Shown here: piece by piece, positions 53,563 through 62,620 of the stretch
Position numbering within the stretch: the stretch's first letter is position 1
Layout: every line of letters starts with the position of its first letter
Origin: a virus
Direction: 5' to 3' (one strand)
Length of the DNA: 64,000 bases
IMG/VR virus record: IMGVR_UViG_3300048577_000544
Span: 472-64,471 of that record
Program-made: the position numbers and the translations under genes
Notes under the pieces: model-generated
What the model was told of the DNA's origin: nothing
Databases searched by the model: none
What the model saw: the letters and a program-made list of their open reading frames with translations, nothing else

Positions 53563-53871
53563 CTAGCTGTACCAGGCCACGGCCACGACACAGGCGGCCG
53601 AGGCGATCAGGCTGACCGACGCGCTGTCCCGGACGTCGCGCACGGTGGGGTTGATTTCCGCGCCCGTGCCGTCGGTCACATCAGCCGTAGGCACGACTGC
53701 AGCCGATCCGTCCCACCGGGCGTAAAAGGTGCCCGTGGCCGAAAACACGCCAAAACGCGCGCCGGTCGGGACGGCCACGGATTTGGCCGTCCCGATGGAC
53801 AAGACGAGGTTGTCGACACGGTCGGGGCTAGGCGGAACCTCGTTTTGCACGGTAAACGGCAGAGAACGCAT
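53563..53871 (-). CDS. Small virion-associated protein
   Basis: GGAGG-coupled ORF after the capsid cement gene. Confidence 0.55.
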   Translation of the reverse strand: MRSLPFTVQNEVPPSPDRVDNLVLSIGTAKSVAVPTGARFGVFSATGTFYARWDGSAAVVPTADVTDGTGAEINPTVRDVRDSASVSLIASAACVVAVAWYS

Positions 53872-53874
53872 GGC

Positions 53875-54222
53875 CTAACCTCGCAACTTCACAGCAATAT
53901 GAGTGTCCGCGCTGGCCGCCGCCTCGAAAGCATATCCTGCCGATGCATTGCTGGAGACCGTGGTGGTGATGGCACCGGTCCCGGCCGTGCCGCCGACCGG
54001 ATTGCCGTCGACATCGAAGTAGCAGTCCGCGCCCTGGTCGATGACTCCGGTTGCTTTGGGCAGGGAGTAGACCCCTTCCATGGCCACGGCGCCCGAGGCC
54101 CCTGCAGCGATGTCGCCGCAGGCCACGCCCAGGTGCGTACCGATGACCACCGGATCGCCTCCGGTGATGTTTGTCAGGGCCGTATGGATGAGCCGGTCAC
54201 CTTTCTGTGTGTAGTTTTTCAT
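53875..54222 (-). CDS. DUF2190-family capsid decoration/cement protein
   Basis: MKNYTQKGD...GVA..DIAAG..G.V...GV..LPK. Confidence 0.8.
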   Translation of the reverse strand: MKNYTQKGDRLIHTALTNITGGDPVVIGTHLGVACGDIAAGASGAVAMEGVYSLPKATGVIDQGADCYFDVDGNPVGGTAGTGAITTTVSSNASAGYAFEAAASADTHIAVKLRG

Positions 54223-54257
54223 GATGCTATGTCCTCATATCCTCACGTCCGGCCCTG

Positions 54258-56303
54258 CTAGCCGGGGTTTTTCTGCAGCGCCCGCCAGTCCACGGCCTTG
54301 GCGCCAGCTTCGAGCCGCACCTTGTATTCCGTGCCATCCACACTCCAACCCTGCCGCGTTTCAAGGTAGGGTTCCCGAACGCCGTTTAAGAAAAAGAGCC
54401 GCACGGTCTTTCCCTTCGGCCCGGCCAGGTACCATGTCGAAGTGGAGTCATCGTCCAGGCGTGGTTCGTAAACGCGGGTGATTTTTTCCCCGTAATAGGG
54501 ATTGGTCAGGTTGGGCTGATTGTTTGCGCCTCCGATGAGCTGCGTCAGAAAGAATTGTTCGTGCTGCGTCTTTTTGCTGACCGGAGAGAGCAAGAACTGG
54601 GGCTGGATGTTGAGACGACGCTTACCTCGGATGTCCTTTTGTAACTGCATAGCCGTCTCGCCTGCGCCCAGGGTGGCCACGGACAGTGCCCCGGCACTCA
54701 TGAGATTGCCGTGATCCGCATGAAAGAGCGCCTTGCCGTCGCCCATCTTGCCGTTGGCAATGAGCACGGCGTAAGCCAGATCGCCGATCTTGCGGCCGGC
54801 TGCCTCGCCATGTTGGCGCGAGGTGTCGGTTATACTGCCCAGGTTGTCGTTGATGACGGCCTCGCGGGTGATGGCGAAGAGCTTGCCGAATTTGGCGATT
54901 TGGTAGGTTTCCTTGGTCTCGTCCGTGGAGCCGTACTTGTATTCGCCGGCCTCGGGGATTTCCTCCAGGTCGTCGGATTCACCGGCACGGGCCATGGTAT
55001 GAATCTTGAAATCCGAAACCGTGCCCGAGTCGTCTACCCAAACGACATAGGTTTCCTGCTGGGCCGCATAGCCTTCCATTAAGGACAGATTGGCCACGTT
55101 GCCGAGCAGCACAGGTAGGTCGGTGGTGGTCAACGCCCGGCCGACCATCTCCATGGGATTGGCCGAAATGGGCTGGCCGGCCATACGCAGCGCCTCGCGG
55201 CAGACTTCACGCAGGGTGTAGCCGCGCAGTTCCGCAGCGCCGGGAACCGGCTTCTCCACCGAAAGGCCGGCGCGCAAGGCCAGAGCGTCGCCCATGGCCG
55301 CGCGAAACTTGTCGCGCTCGGTTGCTCCCAGTTCGATGCTCGGCTGATAGCCGGGCATTTCGGTGTTCTTGCTCTTTCGCTCCAGGTGATCGAGCAGGGC
55401 CGCGCGCGCCTTGTCCGTGTCGACACATTCGGTGATCAGTTTTTCCGCCAACTCGGGACAGTCAAACCGCTTTCCCATGGCCATGATTTCGCGCGTCCGT
55501 TCCCGTTCGGCGCGGACGCCTTCACCGTTGTCTTCGCCGAGCGCGAAAAAAAGCGGCGTTCCTTTTTCTTGCTGATTGCTTTTGTCCGACTCGCCTTCTC
55601 CCGCCTTTCCCGGCGCTCCCTCGGACCGGACTTCGAGCGTCTGCATAAACGCCCAAGCCTGGTCCTCGGTGGCGTCTTTCGGGAGGCCGCGAGCCTCCAG
55701 AATTTCACGCAGCCTTTTGTTCATGTCGTCACTCCTCTCGGCCCCTCGGGCCTTGGCGTTGGGATCGGCCCCGATGGGGCAGATCGAAAGTTCTCGGGGT
55801 TCCCAGTCCGTGGACACCAGCGCCGGACCGGTGAAGCTTCGGCCTTCGACCACGGCGGTCTTGCCGGCTTCGATGCGGGTGTAGGCGTTGACCCGGTAAC
55901 CTATGGAAAAATCCGTCAGATGGCCCTCGCGCAGTTTGACGAAAGGCCCCTCCCCTTCGGGCTGGCTGGTGAAGATGGCCTGGCCGAGGAGTTGGTCGCC
56001 CTCGATCCGCAGGTCGCGATAACTGCCGATGACGCTGGCCGTGTCGTAGCGGGAATGGGTGTCGAGCAGGACCAGCTGTCCGGACGCCGGCATGCGACAC
56101 CCGGACATAAGCAGGATCTCGTCGACGACGGTGCCCAGGTCCCAGTCGTAGGTCGGCACCGCCGTTTCCGTAGCCCCGATCACTTCCACCGAGCGTTCGG
56201 CTTCGTTCACAGTGGCGGGCTTGCCGCCGGCGTCGAAACGCACGGACAAGGCGCGGGAATGCATAGGCCGCGCGGCATCGCTACGGGTACGATAGAGGGT
56301 CAT
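54258..56303 (-). CDS. Prohead serine protease-major capsid protein fusion
   Basis: LLDTH, DFSIGY, ELS.CPIGADP.A (protease); KFGKLFAITREA.INDNL, WYL..., GAKAVDWR (HK97-fold capsid). Confidence 0.9.
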   Translation of the reverse strand: MTLYRTRSDAARPMHSRALSVRFDAGGKPATVNEAERSVEVIGATETAVPTYDWDLGTVVDEILLMSGCRMPASGQLVLLDTHSRYDTASVIGSYRDLRIEGDQLLGQAIFTSQPEGEGPFVKLREGHLTDFSIGYRVNAYTRIEAGKTAVVEGRSFTGPALVSTDWEPRELSICPIGADPNAKARGAERSDDMNKRLREILEARGLPKDATEDQAWAFMQTLEVRSEGAPGKAGEGESDKSNQQEKGTPLFFALGEDNGEGVRAERERTREIMAMGKRFDCPELAEKLITECVDTDKARAALLDHLERKSKNTEMPGYQPSIELGATERDKFRAAMGDALALRAGLSVEKPVPGAAELRGYTLREVCREALRMAGQPISANPMEMVGRALTTTDLPVLLGNVANLSLMEGYAAQQETYVVWVDDSGTVSDFKIHTMARAGESDDLEEIPEAGEYKYGSTDETKETYQIAKFGKLFAITREAVINDNLGSITDTSRQHGEAAGRKIGDLAYAVLIANGKMGDGKALFHADHGNLMSAGALSVATLGAGETAMQLQKDIRGKRRLNIQPQFLLSPVSKKTQHEQFFLTQLIGGANNQPNLTNPYYGEKITRVYEPRLDDDSTSTWYLAGPKGKTVRLFFLNGVREPYLETRQGWSVDGTEYKVRLEAGAKAVDWRALQKNPG

Positions 56304-57799
56304 TTCTTACTCCTTGCTTTCCGGTCGGCTTCCTCGGCCGTATCCGGATCGACGGCGGCCGGGTTCCCGGCCAGGGCCGTGGACGAGGCGGCGGCGTTGA
56401 AATCCAAACCGCGATCGCTGCACTGCACCTTCCAATCCGCCAGCTGGTCAAGGATCTCTTCCGGGTCGTCTCCACGCTCCAGAATGACCTGTTGCGGGCT
56501 TTTCAGGCCGGCGTTGATGGCCTCGACATTGGCCTTGAATTCGCGGAGAGGATCGATCTCCGGCATGCCCGCCGGAATCCAGACGCCGCGCAGGAAGCGG
56601 GCCGGTTGGGAAAAATAGCCAGGCAGGAAACCCGGATCGGACAGGGCCTCCATCTCCATCCACTGCCGCATCACGGGCCTCGAAAAGTGGATGATGTTGC
56701 GCATCTGCTGCGGGGCCAGCATCTGGCGGAAATCGTTGCGGATGCCGCGAAGGGTCGTATAGTTGATCCCGGTATAATCCCCGGACAACAGCTCGTAGGG
56801 CACGCCGATGGTGATGGAGACCATGCGAAGCACGAAGCGGTAGAAGGACTCGAATTGCGCACCAGGCCGGTCGTGGGACTGAAACGAGACATCCTCGCCG
56901 GGCCGCAGGTATTCGATGATAGCGTTTTCCAGTGTCTCGGTCGGCGCGGCGGCACCCTCGCCGGGCTTGCCGTCCAGACGCGTGGACTGCATTGCGGACG
57001 GGTCCGGCGCCTTGACGAAGGCCAGCCACTTGGCGGCCATTTTGGCCGCGTCCACCTCGGCCCGGACGTAATCGTCCAAATCGCGGGCGATAAGCAACGC
57101 GGCCGCGAAAGGCGACACGCCGCGCAATTGGCCGGGACGCAGCATCTTGAAATCGTGGAAGACCAGGGAAGCGTCCACCCGCGTCGGGTTGCCGTAGCCC
57201 TCGTCACAGAAATGATAGGCCACGCGTTCGCCGGTCTCGACGTCGTATTCGATGCCCTGGGAAACCTTGTTGCCGGCGGCGGTGCGCGCCCCATAATCAC
57301 CCAGGCGTTCGGATTCGAGGAACTGGAGGGCAAAGGGATGCCGGCCGACACGCTTCGGCTGTCGGATGACAGCGATGTATTCGCCGGACTCACCGTCCTG
57401 GCGCACGGCCAGTTGCTGCAATTCGTGATAATGCAGCCGACCGGACACGTCGGCCTGATCCATCCAGGCGTCGAACCGATCCTCAATCTGCTGGCGCAGG
57501 GCCTTGGCCGGAAAGCCGTCGGGCGTCATGACGCGGGACTGGAAACGAATACCCTGGCCGACGATGAACGTTTCCAGGTTGTTGACGGCTCGGTAGAACG
57601 GGGCGAAGTCGCGCACCATCTGGCGGGTGCGGGCGCGGATGACCGGGGCCGACGAGGCGACGAGGTCGTTAACGCGATAATTGGCCGGCATCCAGTTGCC
57701 GATCAACCGGCCGGTTTGGGCGGCGGCGTATTGCCGCTTAGAAAGCGCCAGCCGACGGATGCGCCGTCGGATGAGCCAATCGGAGAGCGCGCCGAACAT
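56300..57799 (-). CDS. Portal protein, lambda family
   Basis: RART, DGE, QL..LESE, RPGQLRG.SP, ELLSGDY..NY, IDP..E. Confidence 0.92.
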   Translation of the reverse strand: MFGALSDWLIRRRIRRLALSKRQYAAAQTGRLIGNWMPANYRVNDLVASSAPVIRARTRQMVRDFAPFYRAVNNLETFIVGQGIRFQSRVMTPDGFPAKALRQQIEDRFDAWMDQADVSGRLHYHELQQLAVRQDGESGEYIAVIRQPKRVGRHPFALQFLESERLGDYGARTAAGNKVSQGIEYDVETGERVAYHFCDEGYGNPTRVDASLVFHDFKMLRPGQLRGVSPFAAALLIARDLDDYVRAEVDAAKMAAKWLAFVKAPDPSAMQSTRLDGKPGEGAAAPTETLENAIIEYLRPGEDVSFQSHDRPGAQFESFYRFVLRMVSITIGVPYELLSGDYTGINYTTLRGIRNDFRQMLAPQQMRNIIHFSRPVMRQWMEMEALSDPGFLPGYFSQPARFLRGVWIPAGMPEIDPLREFKANVEAINAGLKSPQQVILERGDDPEEILDQLADWKVQCSDRGLDFNAAASSTALAGNPAAVDPDTAEEADRKARSKK

Positions 57800-58017
57800 C
57801 AGCTACGCCCCCCGTTCCGGGCATAGGTGCGGCCGTAATACGACTTGCTTTCAGCGGCGGCCTTGCCCTCGACGTATTCCAACGTGGCCAGGAAATCCTG
57901 GGAGGTCTGGTACTCCATCCTGGAGTCGCCAACGGCATAGGTCTTGAGGCGCCACCGGCCCGAGGCGAAGTCGGCGCGCATCGAATCGCGCAGTGCTGTC
58001 CAGGTTGTGAATGCCAC
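57799..58017 (-). CDS. Head-tail joining protein (gpW-like)
   Basis: 72 aa, upstream of portal; YAVGDSRMEY. Confidence 0.7.
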   Translation of the reverse strand: MAFTTWTALRDSMRADFASGRWRLKTYAVGDSRMEYQTSQDFLATLEYVEGKAAAESKSYYGRTYARNGGRS

Positions 58018-58053
58018 GGGTCCCTCCGCTATTTAGAGGGACCGTACCGTATG

Positions 58054-58121
58054 ATTTTACCCCCTTTTCCTAGATTGCGGCAGAATCGGACAAACGTGGC
58101 TTAGATTTTGGCAAACGTGGC
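58054..58121 (-). promoter_or_regulatory. Candidate late promoter with tandem direct repeats
   Basis: GCCACGTTTG twice (58091-58100, 58112-58121; 21-bp period) upstream of TAAAAT (58054-58059). Confidence 0.45.
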
Positions 58122-58156
58122 AACTTTTTTGTTGACGAGATTTTCAGACCCAAATC

Positions 58157-58342
58157 TCATGCAGCTTCTTCGGATATTTTTTGCCGCCGCCATGCATCGA
58201 TCATGTCCGTGTCCGAGGTCCATTCACCCTTAATCTTCTTGGCCGGAAGCCCTTCGTGGCGGATCAATCCCAACACCGTCGGCTCTGACCTCCCGACATA
58301 CATGCAAATCGCCTTCATGCCCGTTAGCCCTGTTCCTTTCAT
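58157..58342 (-). CDS. Small Xis-like winged-HTH protein
   Basis: GMKAICMYVGRSEPTVLGLIRHEGLPAKKIKGEW; TAATG coupling to terminase. Confidence 0.7.
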   Translation of the reverse strand: MKGTGLTGMKAICMYVGRSEPTVLGLIRHEGLPAKKIKGEWTSDTDMIDAWRRQKISEEAA

Positions 58343-60219
58343 TACCATCTCCGTATCGGTGGTTGAGGTTGTTTCCGTGGTGGCGGGGCCGGCTGCGCCT
58401 CTTCCTGCTGTCCTCTGGCCAGAAACTGCAGGCCCGGCGTCCATTCCGGCGCGGCGCAGGCGGCCGCGATCATCTCGCAGTCAAGCAAATGGTTGTCCGG
58501 CCTGATCTGCCGCCAGGTCTGCTTGCCCTTGACCGTCACCAGCTCCTCGGCTGAAATCTGTTTGGCATAGTCCTCGCCGACCTCGCCATGGAGTCGCAGC
58601 GGTTGGGACGAATCAGGCTCCAACCGGGCGTGGAGCAAGCGCTTGTAGAAGTCGGTGTCCAGGACGTGGAGCACCAGCCCGCCGGGGATGAGCTTGCCGG
58701 ACTTCGGCAGACGATCAATCGGGGTGCGTCGTATGGGCTGAAGCTGTGCATGGGATGCGCCCTTGATGGCAAACACTTTACCCAAACTGTTGGCCCGCAC
58801 CCACTGGTAAACCTCCTCGGTGCGCGTCCAGACCTGGTCATCCGTTTCGCCGCCGCCGGAATCCATGCCGGCGCGCCAGATGCCCTTTTCCCCGCCGCCC
58901 TCGACCGGGTAGAGCATCTCGAAGCAGAGCTTTCGGGCTTCCTCGAAATCGGCCAGGAAACCGTAATCCACGAGCCAACTTTCCAGGGTGTCCGCCCAGG
59001 CCCGGACCACAAACCATAAGCCCCGCTTTTGCACGTCAATGCCGGCCGTCAGGGCCACGGCCGCCGCCGGCACGGTGCGCGCCGGCAACGTCGGCACACG
59101 GGCCTCGAGTACCTTCTCGGCCGAGGTCTTGATCGTGGTTTTGACGTGCGGTTCGGCCAAGCGGCCATTGAAAAAGCCCTTCCACTTTGACGGATCAACC
59201 TTGGCCTCCAGGAAGTCGGCCGCGATTTCGGACAACGACACAAACGGGGACAACAACGCCGGCAGATGAAACCCCACCGATCGAGGGCGATACACGGCAG
59301 CGGTCGGCGCAAACTGGCGTTTGGCCGAGTCCCATCGCACCGGCCGCCAGCTGCCGCGTCGCACAGCCTCGTCGCGGGCGAAGTCCGACCAGTGATAGCG
59401 GCAGTGCTCGCATTCGTAGCGCGCCGGCCGCGACTGACACATTTCTTTGGGGTCCTTGCATCCATTGAACTTGATCTGGGAAAACTGCATAAACTGCTCG
59501 GCCCCACAGGCCGGGCAGACCGTGGCGTAGGCCCGGATTTCCACGCAAGACAAGAGGCCCTGCCAGATGGTCGTGTCCTCGCCGCCGACAGGCTTGGCAG
59601 CCCGAAAAATCTTGCGCATCCAACTATAACTGGTTGTGCGCTCCAGGAAATCCGTCAGCGGGTCACCCTGGCCGCTGACGGATTTATACAGGGACTCTTC
59701 ATCCAAAAAGAGGTCCATGATGGACACGGAGGCGCGTTGCGCCGGGGACTGGGCCGAGGAAAGAAAAAGCACCGAGCCATCGGAAAATGTGAGTGTGTCC
59801 AGCGTGGACTTGATGAGCTTGTCGCGGGCCGCCCGGCAAGCCTTGATGGAGGGCAGGAGCTTGAACTGCGAAACGCGATTGAGGGTCAGATCATCGGGCA
59901 TGGCCAGCATGCGCGGGCCGGGCCGACGATCGATTGCATACTCAAGGCAACGGTACATGGCCGACGTCTTGCCGGACTGGGGCGAACCGCAGACATCCAC
60001 TTCTTCGGTGTAGGGATCGGCCCAGGTGTCCATGATCTCGACGAGATACGGCGCGGTGGCGTTGCGCCAGCGGCTGTTTTTGTACGGGCCATCCTTGACG
60101 ATGACGTTTTCCTCGGCCCATATGGACGGCAGCACAAACGGCCGACGACGGAACACATCGCGCTCGCCGGACGTAAACTCAAACGTGAACGGCTCGAGCC
60201 TCCTGGCCGGTTCACCCAT
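58342..60219 (-). CDS. Terminase large subunit, lambda gpA family
   Basis: PQSGKT, FLDEE, CPACG..Q, YECEHC, F.N..L.EP, AGIDVQ, NHLLDC. Confidence 0.93.
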   Translation of the reverse strand: MGEPARRLEPFTFEFTSGERDVFRRRPFVLPSIWAEENVIVKDGPYKNSRWRNATAPYLVEIMDTWADPYTEEVDVCGSPQSGKTSAMYRCLEYAIDRRPGPRMLAMPDDLTLNRVSQFKLLPSIKACRAARDKLIKSTLDTLTFSDGSVLFLSSAQSPAQRASVSIMDLFLDEESLYKSVSGQGDPLTDFLERTTSYSWMRKIFRAAKPVGGEDTTIWQGLLSCVEIRAYATVCPACGAEQFMQFSQIKFNGCKDPKEMCQSRPARYECEHCRYHWSDFARDEAVRRGSWRPVRWDSAKRQFAPTAAVYRPRSVGFHLPALLSPFVSLSEIAADFLEAKVDPSKWKGFFNGRLAEPHVKTTIKTSAEKVLEARVPTLPARTVPAAAVALTAGIDVQKRGLWFVVRAWADTLESWLVDYGFLADFEEARKLCFEMLYPVEGGGEKGIWRAGMDSGGGETDDQVWTRTEEVYQWVRANSLGKVFAIKGASHAQLQPIRRTPIDRLPKSGKLIPGGLVLHVLDTDFYKRLLHARLEPDSSQPLRLHGEVGEDYAKQISAEELVTVKGKQTWRQIRPDNHLLDCEMIAAACAAPEWTPGLQFLARGQQEEAQPAPPPRKQPQPPIRRW

Positions 60220-60754
60220 GCAGCAACTCCTCGACGACAAAAGTCTTATCCGCCGCAAACGCATCCAGCCAAACGGCCGTCATTTCTCGAAGGAGCAGGA
60301 TCAAGTCGGGCAAACGGGCCTCGTCGCCACCCACGGCGGTCAGAATACGCGGCGCGGCCAGATGACAAAGCACGTCGACCTGGTTGCGAAAAAACTGCGC
60401 CCGCGCGGCCAAAGCCAACTCGTGTTCCTCGCGGGGGATGAGATGGCCCGTTTCCTGGTCCAACTTGAGCTGCATGCGCCGGGCCTGTACCGACCGCAGA
60501 TCGGCATCGGCCAAAAGCCGGTTGGTTGCCGCCTCCGCCCCTCTATCGTCCACCCCCCTGCCGCCGACCGGCTCCAAAAACGCCCGCGCATAGGCCACCA
60601 GCACATCCGGCGAGAACGTGCCGTCCTTCTGTTTTCCCAGCCGGCCTTGCTCGATATCCTTGTATATTTTCGCCTGGGATATCTTGTAGCCCAGGCCCTG
60701 CAGGAACTTATGCACGGCCGTGCCGGACTTGAGAGGGCTGTCGGTGGAGGTCAT
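60212..60754 (-). CDS. Terminase small subunit (Nu1-like)
   Basis: N-terminal DNA-binding helix region, coiled coil, [14 protein letters not shown]; upstream of gpA. Confidence 0.7.
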   Translation of the reverse strand: MTSTDSPLKSGTAVHKFLQGLGYKISQAKIYKDIEQGRLGKQKDGTFSPDVLVAYARAFLEPVGGRGVDDRGAEAATNRLLADADLRSVQARRMQLKLDQETGHLIPREEHELALAARAQFFRNQVDVLCHLAAPRILTAVGGDEARLPDLILLLREMTAVWLDAFAADKTFVVEELLHG

Positions 60755-61923
60755 GACGCTTTCGCCTCCGTTGATATATTTATCGCTGCAACAATCTCTA
60801 CCGGCCCAAAAAGCCCGGTTTCACGCTCAATGCGCCGCGCGGCCATACGGCAATAGTCCGGATTGAGTTCGATGCCGACGAACTGTCGGCCGAGACGTCG
60901 GGCAACAAGACCCGTGGTGCCGGCTCCGAAAAACGGATCGAGGACCGTGCCGCCGGCAGGACAGCCCGCCTTGACGCAGGGGTCGACCAGGGCCGGGGGG
61001 AACGTGGCGAAATGGGCCTCGGAGAATCTGGCGGCCGGGATGGTCCAGACGGACCGACGGTTGTGGGTGTTGACAGGGTACTTTATCAGGCCGTCGCCCT
61101 GCCCCCCCCCTCTGGTGTCGATATCTGGCCGGGGCGTCCTGGACTTTTCGCGATAGTAACCAATTTTCTTGTCATGGATTCCCGGACCGACATCCCAGCC
61201 GGCTGGAACGGGTTGCGCTCGACTCATCCTCTTTTGCGGCTTTTGACCTGGCACACGATAGTCTTTCGTGTCCCACCGATTCCGAGGCGCTTCGGCCTCG
61301 CCTGATGCCGGCTCTTGCATGCTCTCGTGATCGAAATAGTACCGGGGAGATTTTGAGAGCAAAAACAGATACTCGTGCGATGTCGTAGGCCGATCCTGGA
61401 CGCTTGACGGCATCGGATTCGGCTTGTGCCAGATAATATCCGACCGGAGAAACCACCCGTCGGCCTGGAGCGCCAGGGCCAAGCGCCAGGGCTGGCCGAC
61501 GAGGTCCTTGGGCTTGAGTCCTCCAAAAGCATTTTTCTTTCTTTTAACTCTGGCCGCCCTCCGGCTACTCCCCTGAATGCCTCGTGTTCCCAATAAGTTC
61601 GGACCGGAATGGTCTGGACGATCATTCCCTGGCGGGTTGCCGCAGTAACTGTCCCCCATATTGATCCAAGCCGTCCCGTCAGTCCGCAATACGCGCCGTA
61701 CCTCTCGGAACACGGCGACCATGTGGCACATGAAACACACGCCGCACGGCTGCCCCGTGGCCCAGCCCAAGCAGTCCACGCGATCCTCAAGGCCGAGCTG
61801 GCCGGAAACGCCGTAGTCGCGCAGGCCCCAATAAGGGGGCGAAGTTACGCAGCAATGGACGGACTCGGCCGGCAGTGTGCGGAGGATGGCTAGGGCGTCG
61901 CCGTGGTAGATGCGGCTAGTCAT
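60751..61923 (-). CDS. DNA N4-cytosine/N6-adenine methyltransferase
   Basis: [33 protein letters not shown]. Confidence 0.92.
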   Translation of the reverse strand: MTSRIYHGDALAILRTLPAESVHCCVTSPPYWGLRDYGVSGQLGLEDRVDCLGWATGQPCGVCFMCHMVAVFREVRRVLRTDGTAWINMGDSYCGNPPGNDRPDHSGPNLLGTRGIQGSSRRAARVKRKKNAFGGLKPKDLVGQPWRLALALQADGWFLRSDIIWHKPNPMPSSVQDRPTTSHEYLFLLSKSPRYYFDHESMQEPASGEAEAPRNRWDTKDYRVPGQKPQKRMSRAQPVPAGWDVGPGIHDKKIGYYREKSRTPRPDIDTRGGGQGDGLIKYPVNTHNRRSVWTIPAARFSEAHFATFPPALVDPCVKAGCPAGGTVLDPFFGAGTTGLVARRLGRQFVGIELNPDYCRMAARRIERETGLFGPVEIVAAINISTEAKAS

Positions 61924-62105
61924 GACGCGGCACCTGCACGTTTTTTAAGGAGTTCGCCCTCTCTCCGCAGAATGTCAGAGATAGAGCCGTGCACTATCCG
62001 CCCACACTCGCGGCAGCAGTAAATTTGAGTTGACGCCTTGTCGCATTTGAAAACGCCGTTGCAACCGGCACGGACACAGACGCGGGTGACGAGGGGTGTT
62101 CCCAT
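61920..62105 (-). CDS. Small Cys-rich protein
   Basis: C..AGC..F......Q.YCC.EC; coupled. Confidence 0.5.
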   Translation of the reverse strand: MGTPLVTRVCVRAGCNGVFKCDKASTQIYCCRECGRIVHGSISDILRREGELLKKRAGAAS

Positions 62106-62107
62106 GG

Positions 62108-62620
62108 CTACGCCGCCTCCTTGTAGTAGCTCCGGACGAACGCCCGGACGTGGTCGCAGGCCTCCACGACAAAGCTGTTACCGGCGGCCGTCATAGGCAG
62201 CCCGCATTGCCGCAACGCCCGGCGCAGATGCTCGACGTCGGCAAGGTGCGGCGCGCGGTCCAGCCGGCGATAATCCCGCAGCAGCTTTGCAAGGCCAACC
62301 TTTGCTGGCGCGGGTTGCTTCGCCTTGCCCAGGCCCAACGTCCGCCGCAGGGCCAGCGCCAAGGCTTTACCGCGTGGCATCGACCCGTTAAACGGCCGAG
62401 TACATTTCCTGGGTACGACCGGCGGCGTCCATGCACTGGACAGGAGCCGCGTCAGCCGGCCGGCAACCGCGTCGGCGTCCATCCCGTCGATGGCGATGAG
62501 TGCCACAGGCACGGGGCAGGTCACGCACACCAGGTGCGGCAGCAGACATGCCACGCGATCGACGCAGCGCGACCGGTCCGTTTCGCCAAAACCGTGCGGG
62601 CACGTGATAGTGATGGTCAT
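62108..62620 (-). CDS. Hypothetical protein
   Basis: GGAGG RBS; coupled to the primase stop. Confidence 0.5.
   Translation of the reverse strand: MTITITCPHGFGETDRSRCVDRVACLLPHLVCVTCPVPVALIAIDGMDADAVAGRLTRLLSSAWTPPVVPRKCTRPFNGSMPRGKALALALRRTLGLGKAKQPAPAKVGLAKLLRDYRRLDRAPHLADVEHLRRALRQCGLPMTAAGNSFVVEACDHVRAFVRSYYKEAA

Noticed and set aside
60751-61923. Restriction-modification system
   Set aside because: Orphan methyltransferase in the usual pre-terminase position with no cognate endonuclease.
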